Counted from the first letter of the stretch, positions 1 through 14,239 are shown. The stretch is 64,000 nucleotides of DNA from Eledone cirrhosa (GCA_964016885.1 OZ024742.1:187984001-188048000), one strand, 5' to 3'. Numbers and translations are program-made. The notes: generated by a model from the sequence alone, not told the origin.

Positions 1-910
1 AATTAAACATACATATACAATGCATAAGTATTTAAAGAGTTTATTTTATATATAACTGGGACATTTATTATTATCCATCCATAGGTAGTTATTTCAATGT
101 ACTTTTGGAGTGGCTGAAAGAAGTAATACATTTTTCCTTTACTTTACTATTTATTTTAGTATCGCACATTAGAGAATATATATGACAAATTCAATTAAAA
201 TTCAGATACATAACCACAACTTATATTTAATGGAAGAAGACACTTTCCATCTTCTACCGACATTGCATATTGATTTCAGTCTCAAATATTAACAATAGTC
301 CTATAAGAGACCCCATTAAACCACATATTACAAGGGAAATTATATTTATTTTCTACAATATTTATTTTGACGGTCAGTAACACGCCAGAATGAATTTTTA
401 CTTTATTTTCTCTTCTCGTCTGACATCATTTGACAGATGTATTTCCAAACCAGAATTTAATTTGTATTAACACACATTTTAGCTTACAGTTCAATAATGC
501 ATTACTATTAAATACGATAACATATGTTAACACTTTACTGTTGTTGACTTCATAAAGAATACTGCATGTGGATTTTGAGGTACAATTGTAGAAGCCCATG
601 ATAAAAGAATAAAAACGTTCAAAGTTAAAAGAGAGGGGCAAGTAATATCTATCAGGACATTGTGCATGACCACGTTAAAAACCACCATTATAATTGTAAA
701 TGTGGGAACCAGTGGTACGAACGGAGAAAGTGTGGGGGTCCATTAAGACACGAATATTGAGAATCTCCATCAGAATACTTTCCTTGAATCCATGTAGGTA
801 TTGAAGGGGAGATGTGAATATACTTTCAACACATACACACACAATGTGTATATGTATATATATATATTTGAATGTATGTATACATATACATATATGTGTA
901 TATATATATA

Positions 911-968
<58 letters not shown>

Positions 969-1178
969 TATATATATATATACAGATCAGAGCAAACAGC
1001 ACGGACACTCTATCTCAAAATTATTTTTGAAAAGCATTTAGAAATACGCAACCAGTAAAAACTTAAAAACTTAAAACCACAACTGAATACTAACCCATAC
1101 AATCACTAATACTCTTTTATTCCTAATTAAACCATTTTTCAACTGTGAACAATTTGTCAGCATTTTCTATTCCGTTTA

Positions 1179-1223
<45 letters not shown>

Positions 1224-1227
<4 letters not shown>

Positions 1228-3336
1228 ATAATAACAAATGTGAAGACTAAAATACAAAGAGGGTTCGATAAGGATAAATATATATTAAATATATAAGAAC
1301 GGTAGAGCAAATATTTATTAAAATAACAGATTAAAGTTTAAGCAAAGAATCGCTGCTTTCGCCCTTAACGGGATCTTCCGAAACTTAAAAAGTCAATCTG
1401 TGAACGCAGAAATAAATATTTCAAAAAAGTTGCAACCGAAGGAAGACAGGAAGACGATACTTTGGTTCGTGTAAACGTTCCCTGGCAAAAAAGAGAAAAA
1501 AACGAAGATAATACCTCATTATTTGGTGCGGTGAAAACAATTACACGCAAAGACAAAACTACGTTTATGGTATGAATAAAGTCGTAGACTAATATTCTAT
1601 TAGGTGGTTCATGGAGACGTTCTGTGGCAATGAACGGAAAAAACGAAGATAATACGTCATTATGTGGAACAGTGAGAACAATTACACGCAAAGACAAAAC
1701 CACGTAAATGGTATAACTGAAGTCGTAGACTAAAATTCTAATAAGGAAACCGAATGATTCTCGCTTCAGAGTTAAGAATAAAGTAAATAAAATACAGAGG
1801 TAATTGAAAATAAATATATACATATACGTATGTACACAAGCATACACAAAACACTCGCCATGGGTATGCAAATACGAGCACGTACACAAAAGGAATAACA
1901 AACACGCACGCACATACAGAACACACGCAACGCCTGTAGCCGCTACATAGAATCGTATACACCAAATACACATAAAAATACATATAAAAAAAAATATATA
2001 TATATGTGTCCGTGTGCGCGTGTAACATAATATATATAAATATACACACATAAATTTGTAAATAACTATAACGCTCACACATACCTATATGTAAACACAC
2101 ATATGTTCGCGGACGACGTCAACCAAAACACAAAGTACACATATACACACACCCCACATACGTACGAACCCGCATACTCACACAGACCCAAAACTCACGT
2201 ATACAGATAACCAAAAGCAACGTGTACCAGTATATATAAAATATACGCCATAACATATACAAGCAAATATACGTACCAGAAAGTATACGTACCCTTACAA
2301 AACATACAGGTAATATATACTTACCTATACAAATAAAGTAATGGTATAAACATAACATATACTGAGCTACCACATGAAGACGTAAAACATCCGCGTATAG
2401 TTCGTACTATCTGTTACGGTATAATGTGGGGCTATAATAAAGGAAACTTCTGTGCAATTTATGTTTACAAGCCGAAATTGCCTCAGATTTTTTTTTTAAG
2501 ATGTGGTCTTTGGCGTAGAGTATTTCCAGGGCCTCAGCGGCGCAGATGTCACACAGTCTTTTATTTCCGTTATACGATCTAGCCCTAGCTAGGATCTCCC
2601 AGTGTAACTTATATTGGGTATGGTTGTCTTTTAGACTCCAGATATAAGCTGAAAGTGACGTCATATTTCTTCTTAGAGGGTAACGAAAAGAATGGGTATG
2701 CATGTAAAGACGCTGCTTGAATCTATTGGCGGTTAACTCTATGTAGGCCTTACGGGACGTGGATGTTTCAACCTTACATTTGTAGACAATGTTACTAGAG
2801 AGGCATTTCCCAGATAGGGGCAATCAACCCGATTCCTACAATTACAGTTAGTACTAATTACAGGGTTGCACGTGTTCCTACGGCTAGGTAGTTTAGGTAA
2901 ATTTGAAGCTGTGATGTTATGTGCAAGGTTAGCTGCCGTAGAGTAAGAACTTTTAATGGTATTTCTATTAAAAAAATTACTATACGTATGTGCTGGAGGG
3001 AAATGCACCATAATAAGGGAGAGAAATATCTTAGCTAATGGTGTGGCAACCTCCATATTATATGATGGGTTCTACCATATAATGAGTCGGGATCTTTTGC
3101 GTGTAATTGTTTTCACCGCACCAAATACTGACGTATTAACTTCGTTTTTTTTCGTTCTTTGCTAGGGAACGTTTCCACGAACCGAAGTATCGTCTTCCTG
3201 TGTTCCTTCGGTTGCAACGTTTTTTTAAATATTTACCTCTGCGTTCACAGATTGACTTTTTAGTTTCAGAAGATCCCTTTAAGGGTTAAAGCACCGATTC
3301 TTTGCTTAAAATGTAATCTGTTATTTTAATAAATAT
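1224..3336 (-). mobile_element. 5'-truncated Penelope-like retroelement with inverted terminal (pseudo-LTR) repeat, inserted in (TA)n
   Basis: GIY-YIG remnant at 2407-3090(-). Inverted arms of about 245 bp at 1311-1553 and 3093-3336. Internal 141-bp-period duplication at 1497-1604/1638-1746. (TA)n on both flanks. Confidence 0.85.
2407..3090 (-). pseudogene. PLE linker plus GIY-YIG endonuclease remnant (stops and frameshift)
   Basis: RLIIW*NPSYN..FLSLIMVHFP..FNRNTIKSSYS..CNCR..CPLSGKCL..IVYKCKV..YIELT..FKQR..H..TSLSAYIWSLK..WEIL..CDIC..SE..CKH, a typical PLE C-terminus. Confidence 0.88.
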
Positions 3337-3467
3337 ATATATATATATATATTTGACTCCAGTTCCTCAGTGAATTAACAACCCAACAAGGAACTGGGCA
3401 TATCAGAATATTGACAATATTATACACCTAAACAACATATGTACTTTTCTATACCATACTAATTCAA

Positions 3468-3522
3468 ACTTCCTGAAGAGGTCACAGCCAAAGATGGCTG
3501 TCACTGAAATATATATAGCAGT
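3468..3522 (+). ncRNA. Minimal type I hammerhead ribozyme in a short (TA)n-flanked element (about 3352-3572)
   Basis: ACTTC-CTGAAGA-GGTCACAGCCA-AAGA-TGGCTGTCACT-GAAA-TATATA-TA-GCAGT, then AATAAA. Core intact, long stem II with one mismatch, palindromic stem III. Confidence 0.75.
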
Positions 3523-3590
3523 AATAAACGAAGCTAAATTTTAATCATTTGACTTTTATTTAACTTTATTTTATATATATATATATATAT

Positions 3591-3830
3591 AAATCATGTC
3601 CTTAGAATCAGCAGATAATAAAATATATACTATTTCTTCTTCTAATTAGCATAACTAACCATATAAAAAATCAATCAGAACAAGCTATAAGAATAAATGC
3701 TCTTATGGGAAATCTCCGACAAATAACCGAACGTAGCCTCTTCGCGGCGGCCTGAATCGAGTATTTATCCAATCAAGTATTTATCCAATAGTATATATTT
3801 TATTATCTGATGATTCTAAAGACATGATTT
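3591..3830. repeat. Short element with about 44-bp inverted arms
   Basis: aaatcatgtccttagaatcagcagataataaaatatatactatt (3591-3634) matches the reverse complement at 3787-3830. Confidence 0.7.
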
Positions 3831-3929
3831 ATGATATAATGCTCTGATTTTTTAATTTATTAATTCTTCATAGAGCTTAAAAGTGACCAGTTGCAACATG
3901 TATATATCTATAACTTTATGTATATGTTA

Positions 3930-4012
<83 letters not shown>

Positions 4013-4116
4013 CAAAGGTATATCAAATTAAGAAACTTATGAGCCAGAATTGGCATTCCTACTCACAATTAATATTGCGAAACAGCAGTACCAAATGCTG
4101 TCTGGGTGATTGGCAG

Positions 4117-4280
4117 TTACCACAATTCCAGTTTGCATTTATTTTCTGAATTTATTCTTAAATTGAATCAGGCAAACCCTATTGTCTATATTTAGTATTC
4201 TTTTCACTTTAGCGAATCTGGTCCCTTACGTTTTAAACACATATATGTATATATCTGTGTTCGTCTTTCTTTTATATCCA
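4117..4280 (+). repeat. Dispersed repeat, same family as 42476-42760
   Basis: Shared agttaccacaatt...ttgtctatatttagtattcttttcac.ttagcgaatc.ggtcccttacg. Both copies give near-identical spurious ORFs (MSIFSILFTLAN...). Confidence 0.8.
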
Positions 4281-4307
4281 TTTATAATTATATATATATA
4301 TATATAT

Positions 4308-4572
4308 ACGATATTAATAAATGGAAACTATATTTATAAAACCATATTTATTTCATTATACATATTTCAGGGATACCAAATTAAATTATGGTATGCCTTC
4401 ATCAGACTAAATACAATATATAACAGTTTTACAAATAAGCTTTGACGAACCCTTTTAAAATGCGACTATTATTTTTGGAGGTCAACTGGATAGTGAATTG
4501 TATATATTATTTTAATAAGTCTTAGTGTTAAGGACAATACTTGTTGTATCTCAACAATTTAAATAGAACTTT

Positions 4573-4578
<6 letters not shown>
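4308..4578 (-). mobile_element. Short HHR-bearing non-autonomous element, family B copy 1 (HHR 4349-4413)
   Basis: Minus strand reads tatttagt-CTGATGA-AGGCATACCA..TGGTATCCCT-GAAA-TATGTA-TA-ATGAAATA. Homologous to 55149-55268 and 62004-62216. Confidence 0.8.
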
Positions 4579-4629
<51 letters not shown>

Positions 4630-4860
4630 TTATATAATTATGTATATATATATGTATATTTATATATATGTATATGTATATATTTATTTTGGTTTGTTGT
4701 TTCACCACTGGATACCACTGGTCATTCCGTAGGGTCAACCACGATGTAATATTATGGAGAGCACTCGACGTAAAGCAACTCCTCCGGCTTCGTTTGTGTA
4801 GTTGGTGGTGCCAGTACGGAGTTAATTATTATATATGTATATATGTATATATATATATGT

Positions 4861-4892
<32 letters not shown>

Positions 4893-4908
4893 TATTATAT
4901 ATATATAT

Positions 4909-4942
<34 letters not shown>

Positions 4943-4970
4943 ATATTATATATATATATAATATATATAT

Positions 4971-5063
<93 letters not shown>

Positions 5064-5431
5064 TATGTATGTATGTATCCACCAGCCCCTCTGATCCCTC
5101 GCCATCCACACGCACACACAAACTGACTTACACCCCATGTACCCAATGGTTTTCGTATTACCCGAAAATAGAATCTCGTTGCTCTCCAAACTCTCACACT
5201 CACCTACACACATACACACACACCACCTTCCACCCTCCCCGCTTGGAACCCCAGTCTCCTTCTCCTCCCCTCCATATACACCTACCTACCACCACCCCAC
5301 ACGCCTCACATACTTTCACCACTTGTTTAATTTTATTCTTTTTACCCTCACTTTAATTTTATCCTCCCCTCCATTTAATGTCTTTCCACCAGTCCCCTTC
5401 GTGCCCGCGGAACTCTTTTACCTCCGAATTT

Positions 5432-5470
5432 TCTCCTGAGGACGGGATTATGCCCGAATCGTCGTCCCCC
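5432..5470 (+). ncRNA. Degenerate hammerhead motif in element about 5078-5545
   Basis: CTGAGGA-CGGG-attatg-CCC-GAAT-cgtcgtc. GAAA is mutated to GAAT and stem I is unclear. Confidence 0.45.
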
Positions 5471-5660
5471 GCGCCGCACTCTCAAGCGTGAAGCTAATAC
5501 TAACACTTTGTCCTGCACTCTTCGTTATTGTTTTTCTTTTCTGTTTTAACTATAATATATATGTATATGTATATATCTATACATGTATACATGTATACAT
5601 ATATATATATATATATATATGTATATACACACAGACACACACACACACACACACACAAAC

Positions 5661-5749
<89 letters not shown>

Positions 5750-5789
5750 TATATATGTATAATTATATATATGTATATAGGAAAAGATT

Positions 5790-5842
5790 CAGGACCCTGA
5801 CGGCTGAGCTCCGTCAGTTTCGACAGCGAGATCCGAACTCAT
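5790..5842 (-). repeat. Fragment of the GAGCTC-loop family (related copy at 8207-8260 +)
   Basis: gttcggatc..gctgtcGAAActgacgGAGCTCagccgt shared by both copies and homologous to the 16808-16865 and 54190-54242 segments. Confidence 0.65.
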
Positions 5843-5968
5843 ATATATATACACACACACGCACACACATAAACATACACACACACACACACCCATATAT
5901 ATATATATATATATAAATATATAGATATATACACACGCATGAATGTACTTATATATATATATAAATAC

Positions 5969-6026
<58 letters not shown>

Positions 6027-6050
6027 TGTCTTCAATTTTATTATTATTAC

Positions 6051-6183
<133 letters not shown>

Positions 6184-6238
6184 CGTTTCTGAATTTGTTT
6201 AGCAGGATTCTTTTTTCTGAAAACGTGTGTTGAAAACG

Positions 6239-6414
6239 ATATTATTATGCTTTGGGATTGTCATGTTGCCAATAAGAAGCACACGCACCAGTTGTTTTCA
6301 CTTCAATTTATTATAAATGAAATTTATAAATTTAATTTATAATAAATTGAATTAAAAAGCAATTGGTAGCGTGTTTCTTATTGGCAACATGACCCTCCCA
6401 AAGTATAACAATAT
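6239..6414. repeat. Fold-back (hairpin) element with about 80-bp arms; single-arm copy at 55946-56018
   Basis: ctttggga..tcatgttgccaataagaa..ttcaatttattataaat is followed by its reverse complement at 6335-6414. Confidence 0.8.
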
Positions 6415-6773
6415 ATATATATATAGAGAGAGAGAGCGAGAGATATATATAGATAGATAGATATATATAGAGATATATATAGATACGTACGTATTTACGT
6501 ACAGAGTGCGTTGGACATTTCTATTGTATTTCGTAGTTGTTCTGTTTAGATTATTTCCTCGTGCTATCTCTTTCCCTATTATCACTATCGTGACTTTGTG
6601 AACGACAGACTTAGAATATATTTCCTTTTCAGGATGGGAGACAGACATTTATGCAAATATTTCATGTCGAAATCGTTGACATTAAATTCGTTAATATTCC
6701 AGATGTTCTTGTACACTTTAACATTTCGAAATCTATAATGGTATATAACTGGCGCCTACACGTGTTATGTAAG

Positions 6774-7080
<307 letters not shown>

Positions 7081-7137
7081 ATATATGTATATATATTTGT
7101 TTTGTGTGAATATATGTATATATATATGTGTATATAC

Positions 7138-8140
7138 ATAAATGGAAAAGAATGAAACGAAATGTCATTTCTTTCTCTTAGTACGGCTGATACTTAAATA
7201 CAAGTATGCACACGTACATACATAAATGTATACAGACATTCAGTAGTATGTATATATATACATACATGCACACATAAATTATATGTACGTATGGGTTTAA
7301 CGTATATTTATTATAATGTTCGGTTTGTTTGTAAACAAACAGACCGAATTACGCCGTACAGTGTTCGGCACCCATCGTTGCCTTTTTATTCAACACTGAC
7401 AAAGGAACGATGAACTTGTTTCAAGCTTATTAGCTATCGTTAGCATCGTATACCTTCCTGTCAGATGATTGAACGTGGGAAAGTATATACTTTCCTTATG
7501 CATATTAACGGCTGAGCAGCCTAATTCGCATATCGAGTGAGTTAGTCGGTCGGCGTACCGAAATTGATAAATGGAAAAGAATGAAACGAAATTTCCTTTC
7601 TCATTCTTAGTACGGCTGATACTTAAATACAAGTATGTACACGTACATACATATATGTATACAGACGTACAGTAGTATGTATATACATACATGCACACAT
7701 ATATAAATGTACGTATGGGTTTACCGAACATTTATTATAATGTTCGGTTTGTTTCATTCTTTTCCATTTATCGTTTTCGGTACGCCCGGCCGACTAACTT
7801 ACTCGATATGCAAATTAGGCTGCCCAGCCGTTAATATGCATGAGGAAAGTATATACTTTCAAACGTTCAATAATCTGACAGGAAGGTATACGATGCTGAC
7901 GATAGCTAATAACTTGAAACTAGTGCATCGTTTCTTTGTCAGTGTTGAACAAAAGGGAAACGATGGGTGCCGAACACTGTACGGTGTTATTCGGCTGTTT
8001 GTTTACAAACAAACCGAACATTATAATAAATATTCGGTAAACCCATACATAAATATATATGTGTGGATGTATGTATATATATATATATACATACTACTGT
8101 ACGTCTGTATACATATATGTATGTACGTGTACATTCTTGT
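7138..8140. mobile_element. Retrozyme-like 429-bp unit: 1.4 tandem copies (7138-7566, 7567-7752) plus an inverted copy (7753-8140)
   Basis: ataaatggaaaagaatgaaacg recurs at 7138 and 7567. One HHR per unit: 7408-7448(-) and 7891-7930(+). Confidence 0.8.
7891..7930 (+). ncRNA. Minimal type I hammerhead ribozyme (family A)
   Basis: CGATG-CTGACGA-TAGCT-AATA-ACTT-GAAA-CTAG-TG-CATCG. Stem I is perfect and stem III is the palindrome CTAG. Sister copies restore AGCTT and a GTT or GTA cleavage triplet. Confidence 0.8.
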
Positions 8141-8143
8141 ATA

Positions 8144-8214
<71 letters not shown>

Positions 8215-8282
8215 TCGGATCCAGCTGTCGAAACTGACGGAGCTCAGCCGTAGGGCTTCTAAATCTTTTGTGCATATATGTG

Positions 8283-8366
<84 letters not shown>

Positions 8367-8727
8367 TATATATATATGTGTGTGTGTGTGTATGTGTGTG
8401 TGTGTATATATACATGTGTACGTGTGTGTATGTGTTCAGGCAGTCCATGTAGAAGGAAACTCTTACGCCAAACCTCTGCTGCTGTACGGCGATACCCTAT
8501 CATGGGAAGCTTCAGAAGTATACATCGAGCTGAAATGTGGAGTGGGATCCCTTCATGACAGCCAAGCATGGTAACGTTATCATGAACGTTCTCAACACAT
8601 GCACTCTCCATATAATATATATGCATCTATGCGTATATTTATATGTATGTGTATATTGATATGCATGCGTGTATTTGTATATATTTGTACGTATATGTAT
8701 GTGTATGTAAATATTTCTCTCTCTCTC

Positions 8728-8898
<171 letters not shown>

Positions 8899-9954
8899 GT
8901 ATATAAATATATATATATATATACTTAAGTATATATGTATTTATTTATATATGTATATATATTTCAACAAAATCTCCATACGCTTTAAATACACAGAAGG
9001 TTTCCTATATTCGAATGGCTAAATGTCCGTATATGTGCACTCAGGACCCACAACCTGGGTGCGGCTTGGCTCTTTTGGAATATAGGAAGCTAAGGGCCGA
9101 AAAACTCACTTGAGGTGGATTTCTTCTCTGAAGACATTCTGCTGTCCAGTTCTCCTGATCCTGATAATTTTTACCACTAAAGGACCACACATATATATTG
9201 TGTATTATTCTGTATCAAACGTCGTCACCCATTTTTCTACAATTCATTTTAATGAAACGAAATATTCAATCATATTACGATCAGATTTATTCATTTCTAT
9301 GTTAAACATTTTTTTATTGTACATAACGCAGTATTTTTCGGCACTCCGTAGTATATAAATATGTGCAGAATGAAACGTAGAGAAATAATGACAAATGAAA
9401 GAAAACGAAAGAAAGTAATGTTATACCCTGTGTATTTTAGCATGGTATTTCAGGGCCAATACCTTCTTTTCATGTGGGAGGCTCAAACAGCCCGAGATAA
9501 ACTAAACGAGCAATCAGAGTGTTCAGTCTTCTACTGTAACTGGTATTTGTGTTTGCAAAACAAATGCGCATGCACGGTGTTGCTATAGTAAGCATTCTGC
9601 TTCGTGCAGATCTACAACATTATTTATATCTGATTTTATTCGGCTATATGAAAATGGGTTCCTTAATCATTAAATATCCCGTATTCCTTTCAGTCGTCTC
9701 TATGTGACCTAAATGTCTTGGTTGTGTCATTATTCAAGGTGGTTTTAAATAGAAGACGCTCTCATTGTCACTTTTTTTTTATCCGTATGTGTCGGCAACT
9801 TATTTTATATCCGAAGTATGAGGAGATATATTTTTTGCACGTGATTTTATTCACCACATATTCTTTCATTGAAAACAAGTCCGTAGTCCATTTTCATTAT
9901 TCATATTATGGAGATTCTCTCTATATATATATTGTATATATATATATATATTAG

Positions 9955-10107
9955 AAAGTGTCGAAGCCCGACAGCTGAACTCTTGCCGTTTCAACAGCTA
10001 GTTCAAAACAACAACTAGGTGTTGAAACTGGCTCCGGCTTTTTCTAATATAGTTACAATCTACTATCCCAAGTATCGAATACTCTGTTCAATAATGGTCT
10101 AACTAGG
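9955..10107. repeat. Diverged member of the GAGCTC-loop fold-back family
   Basis: cccgacagctgaactcttgccgtttcaacagctag..ctaggtgttgaaac..ctactatcccaagtatcgaatactctg..atggtc resembles 16741-16947. Confidence 0.55.
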
Positions 10108-10168
10108 TTAATACTGTTTTAAAACGTATATGTATATATATATATGTATGTGTGTATATATATATGTA

Positions 10169-10245
<77 letters not shown>

Positions 10246-10297
10246 GTATATATATATATAAATGTATATATATATATAAATGTATATATATATATAA

Positions 10298-10390
<93 letters not shown>

Positions 10391-12717
10391 GGCAGCCGAT
10401 AGTAAATGACTTCCTTTTGGGAATATATCGTAATCTCTGAATAACAACTATCATTTTCTTTTGCTCTAGACCTAACTGTAAACCGTTAAATTTATTCTAC
10501 ACGAGTAGACGGAAAGTTTTATCTCTATCTTGTTTTTTAGTTTCAAATATATATTCTCTCCTGAAATATTTAATGCCAAAATATTTAATGCCACAAACTT
10601 ATAAATCTTTAGCTACTATACATTCGTTACATAGACACAGTCATTTTCATTCATTTTTGTGGACATATATAGAATTTAATTTATATCTTCAGCACAGAAT
10701 GTAGAATGTCTTCTTTGTCTTGATGTAATGATGAAAAAATTATATGAATCTAAAAACATGAGAATTTATTATTGAGAGTAAGATGCCACTGGACATTGGA
10801 ACACTTCTGCGTATCTAAGGCAGTAATTTATTGAAATATAATCTCGTGTAACATATGATAAATTCGCGTCCATAAATGGATTAAGAAATGGATAAATACT
10901 GAGAGAAGATAGAGCTATGCTTTATAATTCATTGTTACTGTTTATATGAATAGATGTATTCATTTTTTGCCATTTGAAAATATTTTATTTTCATAAATCA
11001 TAAAATCAAAACAGATATATAACCTGCAATAAATTAATATGTATTTTCATATCTATGCATAAACATTTACGTTCTTCTTGCACGATTGTTTCCTATTTTC
11101 ATATTGCAATTTTTTTTACGATTGATATATATTTCCACGTAAGCGACTCGTGATTTGAGAATTGAGAGCTTCAGATTAAATGCATCGGTATTTCTTCACT
11201 TTGTATTATAAATTCGTATATCACCGAAGTCAACATTGTCTTATATTTGGTAGGCGGAGAGGAGGTCGAGAAATGAATACCAATCGAGCTTCGGTTGACT
11301 GATGTAATTATTTAAAGAATCAGACGAGATGCTTTGCGGTATCTGTTCAAGTTTTTTGTTTCTTGAGTTCAAATCCCGCCTCGTGTCATTGTTCTAATTT
11401 CACAATCATATTAGAAAAGAAAATAGAAGAGATATGCAGATTTGAGTGAAATATATCATAAAATATTGTTTCGGTATTCCGAGAAATATTTACTGAGATT
11501 CACCCAAATTACTATTAAGGTTGCAACCCTTGGAAGTATGCAGAGCTTATGGTTTGAAGCTTAACCCAAACAAATAGGAATTTATTTCATACAGTTATTG
11601 AAACAAAGCTGGTGGAGCCATTAGAATGAACGTAGATGTGTCTAATATAATTCATTAATTTGTTGTAAATTTGTTACCACTACACTGTCTATGAAGTAAA
11701 CGAAATAAAGTGTATGGTGGACGTATGTTTTGGCCATATGTCATCATTTGACACATTAAACCAATAGGCTCAGCACTCAAATCTTCCCATAAAAATAGAA
11801 GCAAAGCACACATATATTACTTAGAATTACATCTATAGATTGTGTATATAGACAGAGAAATATAATATTACGTCAATGTATTGTGTATAGAGGCAGATGA
11901 ATCGAAATACGTTAAAACATCAAATAACAAAAAAAAGCATAAATCATAATCACTGCCATCATTTTTTAGCTTTCACCTGTCAATGATTTATGCCTACATT
12001 CTTTTATACTAATATTTAAATTGATCTCATTAATTCTGATTATATATATTGTCTTACTTTATAATGTCATGAATATTAAATAGCTTTTATCAAATCTTAG
12101 CTATAAACAGAGAATAAGTAATTTCCTGTCAAATTTTGGGGAAAATTATTGTGCAATCCATAGTATTGAAATGTCATTATGTTAAAATGAAATGGGACAA
12201 CACGTCTAACCCATGCCAGAGAAGAAAGCGGACATAAAACGATGACGATTATTAAAATATATATTGCAGGTAGAGCAGTAAGGGTGTGAGAAGTAAAATA
12301 CTAGGGTTTCATGACCGCTAAACCATCACCACCATCACTTGTTGCTGAGCTATAGATTACGATGTTTACTATATATAGATTTTACAAATACACGCTTGAT
12401 GATGACTGTGTTAATTAATACTAGACCATCACACTGGCACTATATCGAAATAAGATATCATCAAAATTGATTATATACATATAAGAATCCCCAGCTTTTA
12501 TACGTCAGTACCAAGTGACTAAGACTCACTGGTGACAGTTTATAAAGCCTGAAATACTAGCATTCTGCGTTCTCGTATGGTTATTGGGGTAACTGTAATA
12601 TAATCACTACTTAACATACTCATCGTATAACTTTAAAACTTTTAATGATTATATATCTTGTATCTCGTTCCATATATCATTCTATGCTAGCGCTACTGGT
12701 CATATATATATAAATAC

Positions 12718-12805
12718 ACAGGTGAGCACTCGATGTTTAGGTTCACGTCTACAGCAAGGTGTGGAGTTAAACAGAGTGTAATACAATAATATAATAATAA
12801 GGGTT
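12718..12805 (+). repeat. Dispersed repeat homologous to 61835-61922 (opposite strand)
   Basis: ggtgagcactcgatgtttagg.tcac...aggtgt.gagtta.acagagtgta is shared. Confidence 0.7.
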
Positions 12806-12894
12806 CATTCTGTCATTATAACAGCAGACGTCCGACGAGCCTTTGATTCCAGAGTCTGGCCAGGTCGATACAGATCGTATTATTATATATATAA

Positions 12895-13032
12895 TAAGAA
12901 CGCCCCTTTATGGTCTGAGTTCAAATGAGCGTCGAGGTTAACTTTGCCTTTCATCTTTACGGGGTCGATAAAATAAAGTACCAGTAATGCAAAGGGTATT
13001 TGCTGGCCTTGTGCCAAAAGTAGAAACAATTT
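12895..13032 (+). mobile_element. tRNA-derived SINE, family 1 (5'-truncated)
   Basis: B-box-like GAGTTCAAAT, core gaggttaactttgcctttcatc.ttacggggtcgataaaataaagtaccag, 3' end gctggccttgtgcc..agtagaaacaatt. Confidence 0.85.
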
Positions 13033-13130
13033 TTATTATCAGTATTAGTACTTAATTCCAATCTCCGTTAATTGTTGGCCTTGTGCCTAAAGGGGAAACC
13101 ATTATTCCTTTTAGTATTAGTAGCCTTATT

Positions 13131-13310
13131 AGGGCAATGGATTAGCAGTATCGGTAGAGAATCAGACACCATGCTTTGCAGCATAGAGTTACGGCCCTTT
13201 GCCGTCTTAGTTTAAATTCCACTGAGGTTAACGTTGCCTTTCATCTTTACGGTGTCGATAAAATAAAGCAACAGTAACGTACTGGGGTCAATTTAATCGA
13301 CGTTCCCCTC
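13131..13310 (+). mobile_element. tRNA-derived SINE, family 1
   Basis: A-box-like ttagcagtatcgg, decayed B box, same core. Confidence 0.85.
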
Positions 13311-14203
13311 CCTCTAGTCGCCTTAGCAGTAGTAGTATCATCATCATGATCAACACATTTAATATACCGAGTTTATTCCGTCCAATATCATGTTATTGTC
13401 GAATTTACTATTTAAAAAAAAAATATTTCATCATCTCCACTCATCCACCTCACCTACCCCACCACAGCCATTCAAACCATCGCCATTTACCCCACCCACT
13501 TAATCTATCTCCGCCATTCTCTGTCTGGAAGGCATATGATTAATTGTCTGATTTCAAAATGAGATCGCCGCAGCAGTAGTCACTCCATGTAATATATATA
13601 AATGATGAGCTATAGTAACAATTGTATGTTTTCCTATGGTCAATAATCATTGAAATAAACTGGTTACACCTGTGGTTTAATAAGTGATTTGCTCAATCGA
13701 AATACCCAACACAATTTTTTACACAATCACATTGAATTTAAACAATCGTCGACATTTTGTCGCACATTTTAATCATCACAAACACGAAGGTTATTTTTCG
13801 TCATCTGTGACTCTCAGTTGCTCTACAGGAAATATCGAACCCTCCTCACCCTCCCTACATTGGTATATTTAGCACCTTACTGATAATGGTATATTGGCAT
13901 GATATGTTGCCCTTTATAAACACCTACATCGACAAACGTTAACATTGAAAATAGTTTATTCATTATTGGAAAATACATTTTAACATGACTTCAGGCTGCT
14001 GTTTACTTACGTTTACTTTCCACCCTTTCTCTGTCTCCTCTTTCTACTTCGTTCTCACTTTGCAAATCTCTCTATCACTCGCTCACTCTGCGTCTCTTAC
14101 TCTATCAATCTCTCTCTATTTCACTCTCTCTTTCATTCGCTCTCTCTCATTCACACTTTCTCTTTCTCTCGTCCCCCTCTTTCACACACTCGCACACACA
14201 CAC

Positions 14204-14239
<36 letters not shown>

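Noticed and set aside
426-830. 71-aa minus ORF and neighbouring frames as a possible host exon
   Set aside because: No recognisable motif or convincing splice context.
1365-2373. Hydrophobic 237-, 120- and 84-aa minus ORFs
   Set aside because: They lie in the TG/TA-rich 3' region of the PLE and reflect compositional bias.
6620-6690. GACAT..ATGTC-GAAA hairpin as a hammerhead
   Set aside because: No CUGANGA-like core and no stem I.
8440-8570. Possible 131-bp exon (ttcag..gtaacg) or decayed RTE C-terminus on the minus strand
   Set aside because: Neither reading gives a recognisable protein and no partner exons were found.
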